DNA of 64,000 bases from Octopus sinensis (taxonomy: Eukaryota), in the NCBI RefSeq assembly GCF_006345805.1, contig NC_043015.1, positions 53,692,001 to 53,756,000 of the forward strand, written 5' to 3'. The translations under genes were made by a program, and so were the position numbers. Shown here in pieces: positions 39,826 to 53,704 of this stretch; the first letter of the stretch is position 1, and each line of letters opens with the position of its first letter. Under the pieces are notes generated by a model. That model was given only the letters and a program-made list of their open reading frames with translations. It did not search any database and was not told the origin of the DNA.

Positions 39826-41056
39826 TATTAGGTCATCCCATAAATAATGCTTTATACTTATTTATATTTTTCAAAATTAAGATAAACAAAGTTCTTTTTA
39901 AATCTCAAATATACTCTCCTTCATTTTCTACAATGCTCTTCCATCTACCTGGTACACTTGCAAAGCCCCTCTTTCAAAATTCATTTGTCTGTGATGAAAA
40001 ATACTTCTCCAGCACTGTTCTAATAATGTCTACAGAATTCATATTTTTGCAATCTAAATCAATTTGAAGACTGCGGAATAAATGATAATCAGATGGAGCA
40101 ATGTCCGGAGAATATCGTGGCCGGGGCATCGTTTCCCATTCAAACTGCTCCAGCCTTTGGAATGCCATCCTCGCTGTATGTAGTCGAGCATTATCCGGAT
40201 GGAAGAGCATCTTTCATCTTGAAAGCAACGGTGGTCATTTTCCTTCTAGCTCTGACTTATGCTGCTCAAGCTGCTCGCTGTAGATCTTTGCTATCGTTTC
40301 GTTTGAGTTTCAAAGTTCAGTGAAGACCTTCTTTAGCCTGTGGTGCCGGTGTTTTTCTTTTCTCTTCCTACAGTTTTTGTCGCTTCTCATTTTTATAGAG
40401 ATCCCATTTCTCGTCACCACTCACGTTTCGGTCCAGAAAAGGTTCATTCATGAGACGTGATAACCAAAAAAGAGCACACATTCACTCTCTACATACAATT
40501 AAACTCTGAAAGTTTGTGAGGAAGCCCTTGACTCAATTTGCTGACTTTTCCGATGGCACGCAGGTGTTGATGAATCATAGAATGACCAAATCCAACTTCT
40601 CTGCTAGTTCCTCAACAGTTGCGATGTTATTTTGTTCCATCGGTGTTTGCAGGACGTCATCCTCAAGCTCCACAGATCTACCAACACGAGGCTCGTCTTC
40701 TAGGCTGTAGTTTCCGGCTCGGAATTTCTGGAACCGCCATTGACACTGGCTTACACTTAGTGTCCGATCCTCATATACTGCATTAATATTCCTCGCACTT
40801 TCCGTTGCGTTGTTGCCTTTATTGAACTCATAAAGCAAAATATGCCGAATATGCTCCTTTGTCACTTCCATTACAGCTTTGAAAAATAACTGTTAAAATC
40901 GATCTGCACACTTCAAAACTTGCATTAAGAATAAGGACAAGTTAAAATTACTGTCTGCTTTTATAGGAATTTGTGCAGGTAATTTATTCCATCCTCCTCC
41001 AACTTTTAGTTCATGAAATTGAAAAAAAACGGCATTATTTATGGAATAACCCAATA
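39826..41056 (-). mobile_element. Full-span decayed mariner (DD34D-type) transposon with TIRs and TA TSD
   Basis: TA-ttaggtcatcccataaataatgc ... gcattatttatggaataacccaa-TA. Transposase fragments MEVTKEHIRHILLYEF...GNNATESARNI (HTH) and LFHPDNARLH...YSPDIAPSDYHLFRSLQ; frameshifts and internal deletion. Confidence 0.92.
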
Positions 41057-44000
41057 AATGGGCGTCAAATTACATTTTCAAATATTTTCCAGAAGAGCCA
41101 TAAACGAAACACAATATATCATGTCAGACTTACGTTTACGGATTAATTTTCTAATTAAAATGCTACATATAAAGAAAATGATTAGAAAAATGATAATCTT
41201 ATGAGGAGCTCATATCAGAACTTTAATCTTTAGAAGCTGCCATTTCGTTAGACTATTACGTCTCTGGAAAACACAAATTTGCACCCCTAGATGGTTTCGT
41301 TCTTATGGCTCGCTAACTAGCAGGAAAATTATTATTTTCAACGGTAAACAATGTGGCCACCCTCCTTTGAATCTTTCAGGGGTGTAAAAAATGGAAATAT
41401 CGCTAAAGAGAACTTGGGGTTTCAAAGGTTTAAAACAAAGTTGTGTAGTGGAATTTTGGTTCCAAAGAAATACTGTTATAAAATAAGAATTGGTAACATA
41501 GTCACAAGGTCACGAGGAGTCAGTCAATTAAAGTGACACCAGTATTTGACTCGTGCTTGAATTTATCGAACATAAAAAGTTGTAAAATGAAAGACAATTT
41601 CGGGAGCATTTGAACTCAGAATATTAAAATCTGTCAATAATAGCCCCTAACATATTTTATCTGACGTCCTATGGACTCGGCAAATCTGGACCCCACCACA
41701 AAAGCAGTAAAATATTAAAAAATGCTTCTTTGTTTTTACTATTGCATATTTTTAAAACAGTTTCACTTGTTTATTTATTGTTTCTCTTTTGTCAATTACT
41801 GACAACAGGTTGGATTGTTTATGTGTTCAGAGGCGTCATACAGAACTAGAGGTGATATCTGTTGTAATAAGATTTACTTTTACAGTGTCGTATGTAAAGA
41901 AATATATCAAAGAGGTTTTCTTTTAATGTAACATAACGATAAATTACGTTTAGTTAAAGAGCCCTGAAAATTAATGCACAAAAGACGCGTTGAGAGCGAT
42001 TACGAGAACTTGAGAAGGAATTAGATATCATAGAAATAATTAACAGGGAACGTTCGCAATATCAAGACTGAGACAAGAGTATGTGAGTGTGTGAATGTAC
42101 ACACGCACAAACACACAGATATATATATATATATATGCATACACGCACATACACACATATGATATATGTATGTAAGTGTGTATGATTGTGTATGCAAGTA
42201 TTAAAGAAAGAAGTTGAAAATGCACTTAGAATTTTTATTTACATCTATTTTATCGGATGTATATGAGATCTTGATTTTAAAAACTTGTGTATGATAGGGG
42301 GCGTGTAGCTATATAACATTTTTCTCGATTCATAAATAAATCTTCTCAAAAAGCTTCAACACTATTTTCAAATTCTTTTCATGATATTTGAGAGTATAGT
42401 ATGATTCAGTTATTCGATCAACAACGTTACGTGCTCCCTCCCTGAATTAGCGTTTCATTGGATGAGTATTCCAAAAGCACATGTGCCGAATGTATTCATT
42501 CTTTTAAAGATAGACATGAGCAATTTGATGCAGATTTAGCTGTTATCTCTTCTCCGTTTTTGAAGTTGCTTAACCAAACCAGCTTTAATTAATTTAATAG
42601 TAGATCAAGTATCTCGAAGACTATATATGTTGCAAATGTAACAAAGCCATCTTTTATTCAGACATAGTGTATCTAAGACTACATCACCCAATGTATTCAT
42701 CCTTTCAAAGAGAGATTGGAATTACTGAAACACACCTATGATCAAAAGCGTTCCATCATGACCACCATTTTCCAATTATTTTTTGTCATTTTAAGACGGT
42801 TGACTGTGAATTTAGCAAGATTTTCATTATATTTTGACCCCCACTCCCGATATCAATTTCTTTGCTGGCTTGTTGTGTTACTGTTGTTTTCGTTATTTAG
42901 CCCTAGGTCTGCTAAAAAGGTTCATTTGCAACAAACAGAAAACAACTTCGGCCTGGGGACATCACTTAAACTGCGATACGAATACATGCTCTTCTTTAAC
43001 CCACAGCTCAGCACATCATCTCCTGGGACAGCTCCCGAAAATGTATCATTTATAGAAGCCAGAAAACCTGTTAATGGTGGACTGGTATTGAACCTTCTTC
43101 TCTTTCTCCTCCTCCTCCTTTTATTTTACTTATTTTTGATTTACCGGAATAATATTTGAGAAGATTCACTAGTTTCCAGAAAAAGCTATCTGCAGATGTC
43201 TCAATTGACTTGCATCCGATATCCTTCTAAATATTGATCTCTTCTTTCTTAATATCGACTGAATATGGTGATTATTACGATGGGAAATAATCAGATAGCA
43301 GAATTCCTCAAGATTTTGGCATTTCTTCGATTACTAATGCCACTACTGGTTGTTTGTGATAAGATTTGTTCTGTCGTATGAAACACAATTTCCCTGGAAA
43401 TAAGCCGCCCAAACAATTATATAATAGTATAAAAACAGTTAGATAGCGGAATCGGAACGGAATAATCTGCTTAGTGTGAAGTAGAGGAAGTTTAGAAGGG
43501 TGGAGGGGGGTAGGTGGGGGAGAGAGTTGCCGGCAAAAAAGAAAAGACATTTACGCGTGTTCGTGTTGTACAAAGCTGACAGAAAATACTAAAAGAGCAT
43601 AATACGAATATTAATAATATTCATGGTTATGGTTATAAATACGGTGGATTAGGGAATCGGTTGAGCAACGTCGAACAAAGTGTGTCGCGGTGTTTGGTGA
43701 TGTCGCTTAACGCCTTCTGTTCAAATCCAACTGGATGTGAATTTGGCCTCTTAACCCTTCCGAGATTATCGAGTAGATACCAGTAAAGGCGCTGGACTAG
43801 TGCTTAGACAGTTGCACGCACGATCGCTAAATTGACGGTTTGATTACCCGTTCGAGGGGTGTGTTGTCCTTCTTGAGCAAAACACTTCGTTTTACGCTGT
43901 TCAAGTGCATTGTGGGAACGGATTTGTTAAACAATAGACAAAACCTTTCTTCTGGGTGTGGTAAGAAGGGCGACTAAAAGAGGTTGGACTAAAACAGGAT

Positions 44001-44622
44001 TTGCAATCCGACATTATAAATCCCTCGCCAGCAACGAATAGCCCAAAACAAACCCATAGGTTTGAGGGTTATAGCCTGAATTGTGCAATGGTGTCATCCG
44101 CCAGAAGTAGAGAATCATCAACAAACGGTAGATGCCGCGACATCCAATCGAATCATTTCTTCTAAATAAATTTGTTTACACGAGAACTCTATAGAACCCG
44201 GATGGAAAAGGAACTGTACATACACAGTGTCACACTGATTCTGTATGAAAAGCATTTTCAGGGTGGTGTGTTGTGAGGCACAATGAGTAACTTTCACTAA
44301 CTTGGAAAACCTATATGAGATTTAAAAAAAACCTTCTCTGAATACATAAAGAAACACTATAACATAATCAGAACCCTATTTCAGAAAATTAACTCTGTCC
44401 CCGTGAGCAAAGAAAAGACAAGTTTAGGGTGGGGTGGGGCAAAATGAGTAAGAAAATCTTAGGCAAATTTCCCTTTTCACTTTTTCAATATTAAATATGA
44501 AAAACAAAAAGACTTGCACAACATCTTTTAGAGATACATTTGCGTGATTTGATGGAGATTTACCTGCTATTTCTTCTGCGTTTTTGAAGTTGTTTAACGA
44601 AACTTTAGCCGTGATCAATTTA

Positions 44623-44812
44623 ATACGAAATATACCTTAGGAATGAGAACCCAGCTTCGAAATCTCCCCAAGACACCTGATGAAGGCTGGAGGGCATATC
44701 AGCCGAAACGTTGTGTTAACAACAAACAAGATGACACAAATATCCGTCAAATGTAAATAATGCAAAAATGTACATAATTCCTCATCTCTTAAATATAGAG
44801 CTATATAAAACA
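44623..44812 (+). mobile_element. Headless F1 copy (body and tail)
   Basis: cgaaatataccttaggaatgagaacccagcttcgaaatctccccaagacac...tail ...cctcatctcttaaatatagagct. Confidence 0.88.
44672..44717 (+). ncRNA. Minimal type I hammerhead ribozyme, intact
   Basis: GACAC CTGATGA A GGCTG gagggcatat CAGCC GAA AC GT T GTGTT: loopless palindromic stem III (ACGT), GUU cleavage after 44712. Confidence 0.88.
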
Positions 44813-47111
44813 TTTTCGATAGCATCTTTGTAATCTGATGGAGTGGCTTTTTTCGTGGTGAAAAGAAATGATTGAAATTTGTGATTACTGATTTTGCCGC
44901 ATTTTAGCATAAATTTTTGAAAATTGCAGATTATCAAATTAGACATCAATATTGGAATACAAAAGAGAAAAGAATATTGATTGTTAAACGTGAAAAATTA
45001 TGTAGATATTTTACTTGTAAACTCAATTAAAATAGGGTCAAAGTTGAATTAAAATTTTTTTGACTACTTTTCAAAATCAGTCAGCGTGAACAACAGTCAT
45101 ACTGACCAATTTTCACTCTCAAGGATGATGCAACAGTGCAAAATGATAAAGCGATACTTGCATCATAACGGTTTCAAACAATTAGGGAGAAAGCAACGTA
45201 AAAATCAGAAATTACATATTTTATCTCACCCCCTAAATTTATCTGACGAATACTCAGCCACTTACGCGTAAATTATTGCGCAATTAACTTATTCGATCAA
45301 AGAACCGAATCCTCGTCGTTGAACGATGGCGACCCAGCAGCCAAACATTTGCAACAAATAATAATATACTTTATCAAATGCCTTTATATAATTTCGCTTT
45401 TAGACACAAATTATTCGGGAAAATCAGAAAATTCTTTCGCTAAAAGTAATTACTTTTGTTCGTGTAATAAAGTATAATGATCCCAAAATTAAACTTACAG
45501 GAAGGGACACAGCTGGCGGTTTCACTGGGTCTGCATGCTGGAATTCAGTCTCACATTAGAAGATCCTTAGGCTTAATTCAGATGTCTATGTGAAGCTGCT
45601 GGTGACTATTCAAATCCTAACTGGAGAGAGTTGTGGTATTTGGTCTGTCTTTACATGCTGAGTTCAAATTCAACCGAGGTTGACTTTGCATTTCATCCTT
45701 TCGGGGGTTGATAAATTCAGTACCAGTTGTGTATTGGGGTCGATCTAATTGACTTAGCCTCTCTCCCGAAATTGCTGGCCTTGTACTTAAATTAGTAACC
45801 AATGTTTTCATAGAACATCAAGCTGGTGTGCTTACAGAATCGTTACTTCCGACTGATTACGTTTTGTGTTAACATCCGCCAAATATTACACACACACAAA
45901 CACACTCACTCACGCGCACACACGCACACACACACACATGCACACGCACACATACACACACATCCTCATACATGAGGTGGAATTTCTTACAGTTTCTGTT
46001 AACCAAAACCAAATTCCATTCGAAAGATATGGCACAACACAAAATTACGTCTGGAGACATTTTCCAAAGGTCTTACGGAGTGGCGGCGAACCCCAAAATG
46101 GGCATTTTCAACGGAAACTCCTTAACCATGAAGCTACTTTTATCTTTCCTTTTCTTTTTTTACGTATTTCAGTAATTAGACTGCGGCCATACTGGGGCAT
46201 CGCCTTGAATGATTCAATCGATCAAATAGACCCACTACTTACAATTTGTTTTAAATTCCCGTTCCTGTTTTGTCGGTCATTTTTTTTTCGAACCGCTCAA
46301 TAATAGGGGAACAGAAAGGCGTAGAAGAGTTTGTTTTCCACCGTTTTGGGGTCGAATGAATCGACCAAATGACTTATTCATTTTTAAATCTTGATATTTA
46401 TTATATCAGTCTCATTTACCGAACCGCTAGTTTAGAGTGATGTAAACATACCAACACCGGTGTCAAGTGGTGGTGAGAATATTTCCAAAGAAGGACAAAG
46501 AGTCCTATCCTTACTGTTTAAACAACCCATTCCATTCACATTTTCCTATACATTTCGCTTTTAACCAATAAACATAAATAATTACAAGTCAACAATGCCA
46601 ATATCGCCAGCGTCAGAAAGGGGCCAAGTGTCAAAAGGTCATTGACACGGCACGTGAATGCTGACTTATTCATAGAACTAAACATTAGAACTACATAATT
46701 AAAGCATAGAGCTTTTAGCCTAGCTGAGACCTAAACAAATGCAGAAATCGCTAACAAGGGAATCTCCGCGTGGTCACTCCCGGTGCTAGAAATATCAGCT
46801 AATTATCAATCAGACGATAGCATTTGATTTTCTTTTTTCTTTTCTCGTTTTTCTTGTTTCAGACATTTGACTGCGGCCATGCTGGAGAACCGCCTTCACT
46901 CGAGCAAATGGACCTCAGCACTTATTATTTGTAAGGCTCATACTTATTCTATCGATCTATGTTGCCGAACCGTTAATACCGAGACGTAAACGCACCAGCA
47001 TCGGTTGTCAAGCGATGGAAGAAGGATAAATGGGACACAAACACATACATATATACATGTATATGCATATACATAGATATATACACATACACACACACAC
47101 ACCACACACAC

Positions 47112-47208
<97 letters not shown>

Positions 47209-48014
47209 GACAGACTTCTTTCAGTTTCTATCTTCCATATCCACTCACAAGGCTTTGGTCGGAGTGAGGTTATAATAGAAGACATTTGCCCAAAGTGCCA
47301 CGCAGTGGGACTGAACGCGGAACCATGTGGTTAGTAGGTAAGCCACTTTATTTGAAAAATTTTGCCATAAAGGCATGATACAGAGTAGTTTGCGCCTGGA
47401 CAAAGACATTGATGAGGTTAATGATGATAAGGATGATATTAATGGAAGAAGATAAAAAATGCCTGCCGATCCTTTGCTTCTCTAAAACATTATTCTCTTC
47501 TTTTTCCCCCAGAATAAGACAAAACGAGGTAATGAATCTCTTACTTAAATTTCACAATTTTTGGATTAATAGTCCATTTAAGAATTGGGGCGTTAAGCCT
47601 CTTAAACATAATGACATGCAATAAACATTAAACATACAATAAACATTATAACACTGAGGTTTTTCAACGTCTTGTCATTATTCCTCCACAACATCGCTTG
47701 TGCCCGTATACTCCACCATTCCCCATGCCTCATTCAAGACCAAGGCGGGATCCGAGCCGTTGTCGCCCGGCCATAAACGATATTCCTCATTGAGTCCCTG
47801 AAGCCTACACCGTACAGACACCGTTATGACACCACAGCTATCTGCGAATTTACTATTTTATTTTCTTATGGCTTTTCACTTTGTGCTGTATTGAATATTT
47901 CAAGTGATTTTAGAGTCAGGTTTTGACTACTATTCAAGCATGGTGGTAAACACATCAGCATCGGATGTCAAGCGATGTTGGGTGGACAAACACAAACACA
48001 CACGCACACACACA

Positions 48015-48069
<55 letters not shown>

Positions 48070-48329
48070 ACACACACACGCACACACATACAGACATACA
48101 TAAACACAAACACACGTATTTATATACGACAGGCTTCTTTCAGTTTCCGTCTACCAGATCAACTAACAAGACTCTGCTCGGCCCGAGGCTAAACACTAGA
48201 AGCCACTTGCCGAAGGTGCCACGTAGTGGCACTGAACCTGGAACAATGTTGCTGGTAAGCAAGCTACTTACCAGACAGCCACATATATATATATATATGT
48301 ATGCACGTATATATATATGTATGTGTGTG

Positions 48330-48367
<38 letters not shown>

Positions 48368-48789
48368 TATATATATGTGTGTGTGTATGTATGTGTGTGT
48401 ATATACATGTGTGTGTCTATATGTGGGTGCAATTTTCAAGCAGCGTCTTATCAAATTGGAGGGTGATATCGAATTTAATAAGATTTACTTTCATAGTGCA
48501 GGGTATAAAGGCGGAATATGTTAAAGAAGTTTAAGAATAAGATTATGTTAATTCACTTTTAGATAAGGTGGCATAGAAATTGATCTAATAAAGACGTTTG
48601 GATTAAGCTTATGTTAATTCGAAAGTAAAATGAAGTAGCGCAGAAATAATTAACCAGAGAAAGTTTGCCGAAACAACAATAAGATAAAAATCATGTGCGC
48701 GCGCGCGTGTGTATGATGTGTGTATGTGTGTGTTTGTGTGTTTGTTTGTAATTATTTATGTACCTCTCTACCTATATATATATGCATGT

Positions 48790-48832
<43 letters not shown>

Positions 48833-48863
48833 TATATATATAGATAGATAGATAGATAGATAT

Positions 48864-48895
<32 letters not shown>

Positions 48896-48938
48896 AAGAT
48901 AGATAGACGGTTAGATGGATAGATGGATAGATGGATAT

Positions 48939-49028
<90 letters not shown>

Positions 49029-50028
49029 TCAGCATCGCTGAATGATTAAGACGTTTTCTTTAAATTTATGTTCGCCGGGTTCGATCTCTCTGGAGGGACC
49101 CTTGGTCAAATGTAATTTTCCATTGCCTCGGGTAGCTCCATGTCTTGTGAGTGAAGCTGGGTAGACGCAAAGTGTCTACAAATATGTCGGGTGAATTCTG
49201 GCTTCAATTCAAACAGTATCGCTGATTCAAAATGTGAATAATGTCAAGGGTACACATGTCTGTGGAATACCCAGCCATTTACATATTAGTACAGGAATAA
49301 GTAATTTAATTAATAATGGAAGTCATATGTCAACGATGGTTTATACATATGCTGAGGAAGGAGCGATAATGACACGATCTGGTCTTCCTGCATTTTTGAC
49401 AATGTATTGCTAGCTCCTTTTTCATACGGTTATGCCAATAGACTATGATATTTTGGCTTGTTTTCTATATTTTATAACCAGTAACAATTATAGTACCTGG
49501 TGGATTTATGCTTATACAGCTTTCTGACCAAAAACACTCTGTGTCTTCAATCCATTAGATGCAGAACGAGTTTTGGATACAGTTAGTGATAAAACAAACG
49601 CGTCTTGTACGCTGGTAAATACGGCAGATCTTAAATATATGCACACGTTACCTACTCAGCTTTGGAACAAAATTTCCAATATAGACTGGCATTTCCAAAT
49701 AAGAGAAAAGTATGAGGAATCGTCACTACAGTAGCATGACTTCGGGTTAGAAGACGAAAAATGGGCAGAGGGTACAATCATATAATGAAGTCTGAAATGA
49801 TATTTTTCCGTATGGCAGGATTTTTGTTCTAGATTTCAACACTTGGTTTACTTGAAAATCCAATTGATTGCGAGATCTGCGAATTTTCATTCATTATTTT
49901 CCTGTATAAGTAACGACGGATATTTTCCTTGCATGCGGTTGTCTGTGGATATCTTCATTTGAAGATGACCAAATTAGCAGAAATACCCATCTAGCAGTAA
50001 CATCATCACTAATGGACGATTTTCCTCT

Positions 50029-50545
50029 GTTGCTGATATATTTTCGTGACTTTTAACATTGTACGTCTATAAGACACATCATCTTAGGACAAATGGCGCA
50101 TTTAATTTAGCGTTACGTGATGTTCAGATTCGTGCTCTATATTTTGCTACAGCTCAATTTCAGCTTCAATATTATTGACCTTATGTTTTTGTCAATGGGG
50201 TCAAATTGATCGCGCAGTTTGTTTCTGCAGATTTTCATTGCGCAATAAAAAGTTCATTTCCTGATCAATAATGTTATCTCTTGCTGCTATCAGCATCTTA
50301 TACATCTTAATAGGAATGCAAATATTCAACCAGGTGGATGACATGCGTATCCAACCGAAATAAGATAAGTACTTAATGGTGCCTGATTCTCTGCTTCTAA
50401 TCTGTGGCAACAGATTAAGTTCCAGAAGAACCTCATGACCACCAGAAGTGAAATTATACCCGACACCGTTAAAAATAAGGAATGCTGTTGGTGCATTTCT
50501 ATAAAAACCGACGGTAAACCAATAGTGTTGGTATTGGTTTACGGG
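50029..50545 (+). pseudogene. Probable decayed class A (rhodopsin-family) GPCR, TM1 to about TM4
   Basis: VADIFS*LLTLYVYKTHHLRTNGAFNLALRDV (cf. GIFGNLLTL...LRT...NLA..D), ..FHCAIKSSF / SIMLSLAAISILYILI (cf. SLAAISINRYILI), and PIVLVLVYG; several stops and frameshifts. Confidence 0.5.
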
Positions 50546-51455
50546 TGAGAGAACATCGGCTGTTGTCAGTTGTCCAGCGGATTTGAACGTTTCATGTGAA
50601 GTTGTAGAAAAGAATTAAAATGTATAGCATCGAATAAAATGACTTTCTCAGCAACAGACAGATCAGAAGAGTAGACCAATGCCAATTGTCCATAACCAGA
50701 AGCTGACATCGGCTAAGTTCGTTGCGACATATTATAAGACGAACAACAAAAAGACTCACGAGATTGGAATAAACGAAGGGATATTATTTTACGATAAAAC
50801 AGAATGCATAATGACATTACGGGTGGAACGACTTCCGGAGATCTGAACAAATAAGAAGATAGCTGCTAGATACAGGGTAATCTGGTTAATCCTTAGGATG
50901 AACTAAGATCAGACGATCGATAAAGACCCTAAACTGGTAAATCTACGATGCAACGAAGAACTGAGGGTGGCTGCTGAGTTATCATCCTGGAGTACATTGA
51001 CTGCCAAATGCACTGCCCGATGTGGGGGAACCTAAATTTAAGTAAGTATAAAGAACTGAGACAAAACTTCTAGTTTTTGTGTATCGGGTGTAGACATTTA
51101 TAGCGGGGGTATAGAGTTTTGTAACTATAAGTATACAGGACTGTGTGAAAGGCTGATTTGAAAACAAGCCTAGAAATGAAGGGGGTTCCCAAGAAAGAAT
51201 AAAGGGAACTGATTCACATCTTACACATCCCATCAATTAATGATGCAGTGAAAATTTTTGTAAAATCTTCCGAATTTCCGCCATTTTAATTTCGTAGAAT
51301 GACGATATACATACAGTCACGTGTTGATATAACGTGAATACACAGAAATAAAATGTACTCGCATGCACTCGTGTTGTTAAAGAATATATATATATATATA
51401 TACTGGTTTTAAATTGATATTAAAATTAATATTAATTTATCTCCCTCAATTTTTA

Positions 51456-51488
<33 letters not shown>

Positions 51489-52854
51489 CTCATTACGCGG
51501 GTACGTAAGTATGTACACAACTGCACCGCCGTTCTCGAACCAATAAATTCTTATATAGGAAACTCCCTAAACTCAGTCAGGAAATGCTTGTCTCCTTATT
51601 TTAGTTTTTGCAAAGAATAACTTCCATATATATATATATATATGGAAGAAAAACAAAACAATAATCATATATACATACGTGTATATATACAGTGATATAG
51701 TGTGAGTTCGTGTAGATTTGGTTGATACTTCTACCAGGTTGAATGGCCACATAGAACATTCTTCAACTATGCCTGACCATTTATTTAGCCCTAGACGGTC
51801 CCTGATCAAAACATGTTCCTACCGTGACCATCCTATTTTTTTCCTAGCTACCGTATAAGTTCCTGTCCTTCACTGTTTTTCTAAACGATGTCAAGTGCTT
51901 GTAAGAAAACATTTTACTGTTATTTCTAGCAGGTCAAGAGACCACATGCAGGCCCTTTTGTTGATCCATTTTTTCGGAATTACTCTTGCTGCTGTCGTCG
52001 TTTGTTTAATGCTGATTCAGCTTAGATTAAGCAGAAGTAGCATCAAAGTCTTTCTAAACATGACCATCCATTCTGTATCTATATCGAGAACCGTATTACC
52101 CAAAGCGTCCCTATTTTGTCTTTAAGATTAGTAAGACGTGATTATCTAGAATTTTGGCTGTTATTTCCAGCAGGTGGAGCGAACACGTTCTGTCTCCTTC
52201 GTTAACCATTGCCTCCCAATGTTGTTGTTATTGCGATTGTTTCGTTGTTGTTTTTGATGATGTTTTGTTCTTTTAATCCCAGAACAACCCTGATCAAGCA
52301 AAATTCTGATCAAAGACGTATGAAACGTGAACTTTCTAAACTAGGATCAGAAAGGACAAACTATTTTGAATTCAATGTTTACATTTCCAACTCAGTTGCG
52401 CGGGATTAGAAGTGGGGGGGGGGCGAGATATTTTAGCTGCTATTTCTAGCCGAAACCAGCGACCAGGTGGAAGATTGCCTCTAGATTGGAAGGTGAGTGA
52501 TGAGTCACCAAAACGAGAGTATGTTACTGAGATTGGATGCGGAATAAACGAAGGGATATTATTTTACGATGAAATAGAATGCATAATGACATTAAGAGCG
52601 GGACGACTTCCTGAGATCTGAACAAATATGAAGATGGCTGCGAGATACAGAATAGCCTGATTAAAACATAAGCCACGGGAGGGAAGCGGAGGGGAGTCCA
52701 GTAACCCCACGCCCAAAACCCTTAGATAAAACCTGCTGGATTACTAAATACAAGAGAGACTACACGCGAACGTATACGTTCATATGCGAACACGCTCACA
52801 TACATATCCACATATGCACACACGCAGACTCAGGTAAGTATATATGTGTGTGTA

Positions 52855-52921
<67 letters not shown>

Positions 52922-52947
52922 ATCTATCTATCTCTATTATCTCTCTA

Positions 52948-52988
<41 letters not shown>

Positions 52989-53704
52989 ATATATTATATA
53001 GTATATATATATAGTACGTTTAAATTTGGTGCAAGTTTTATGTGAAGTCGTGTGTTGAAACAGATATTGTTATATTTCGGAATGGTCATATTGCCAGTTT
53101 AGCCAATAAAAACACACGCACACTATATATTTGGTGTTATTTTGCTTCAGTGATATTTATTTTTTACATTAATCTTAATCTTATTTCGGCCAAAGTTCTT
53201 TCGTCACACTCTGTGACCGCATCAGGTCCTTTGTTTTCTTCTCACTTACTGTGTCTCTCCTTACTAACCGTCAGCCATTTTGTATTTCTATTGTATGTCT
53301 TCATTTGCGCATGCTTATATCTCTATGTTTATTTAGTGTGTGGGGGGGGATGCCTGTAATATTTGTATCTTCTGGTTATATACATTCTTGTAATTTGTAT
53401 TTTGTTTTTGTTGTTGTTGCTTTTGTTCTAATTTTGTTCATGTGTTTACATCCACCCATTATTATCATTACATATGTTTTGTATGTATAACAACAATATT
53501 AGTAATAATAATAATAAATCTAATCGAAAAAAAAAAATATTACATATACTATATATATATACATACATATACATATACATATACATATATATACATATAT
53601 ACACACATACATACACATATAGATATTCATTTCTATTTCTTTAATTACCTGTGTATTTATTATGTTTGCAGGATCCACTATTGTCATATGTGTGTGTGCG
53701 CTAT

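Noticed and set aside
42716-43159. 147-aa ORF with hydrophobic stretches
   Set aside because: Overlaps repeat remnants and a (CTC)n tract; no recognisable family motifs.
50750-50880. ~130-bp segment repeated at ~52530-52660
   Set aside because: Diverged dispersed repeat fragment; the copies do not bracket a recognisable element, so not called an LTR pair.
52494-52530. ggtga gtgatga gtcacc aaaacg hairpin
   Set aside because: The topology is a simple hairpin around the motif, not a three-way HHR junction.
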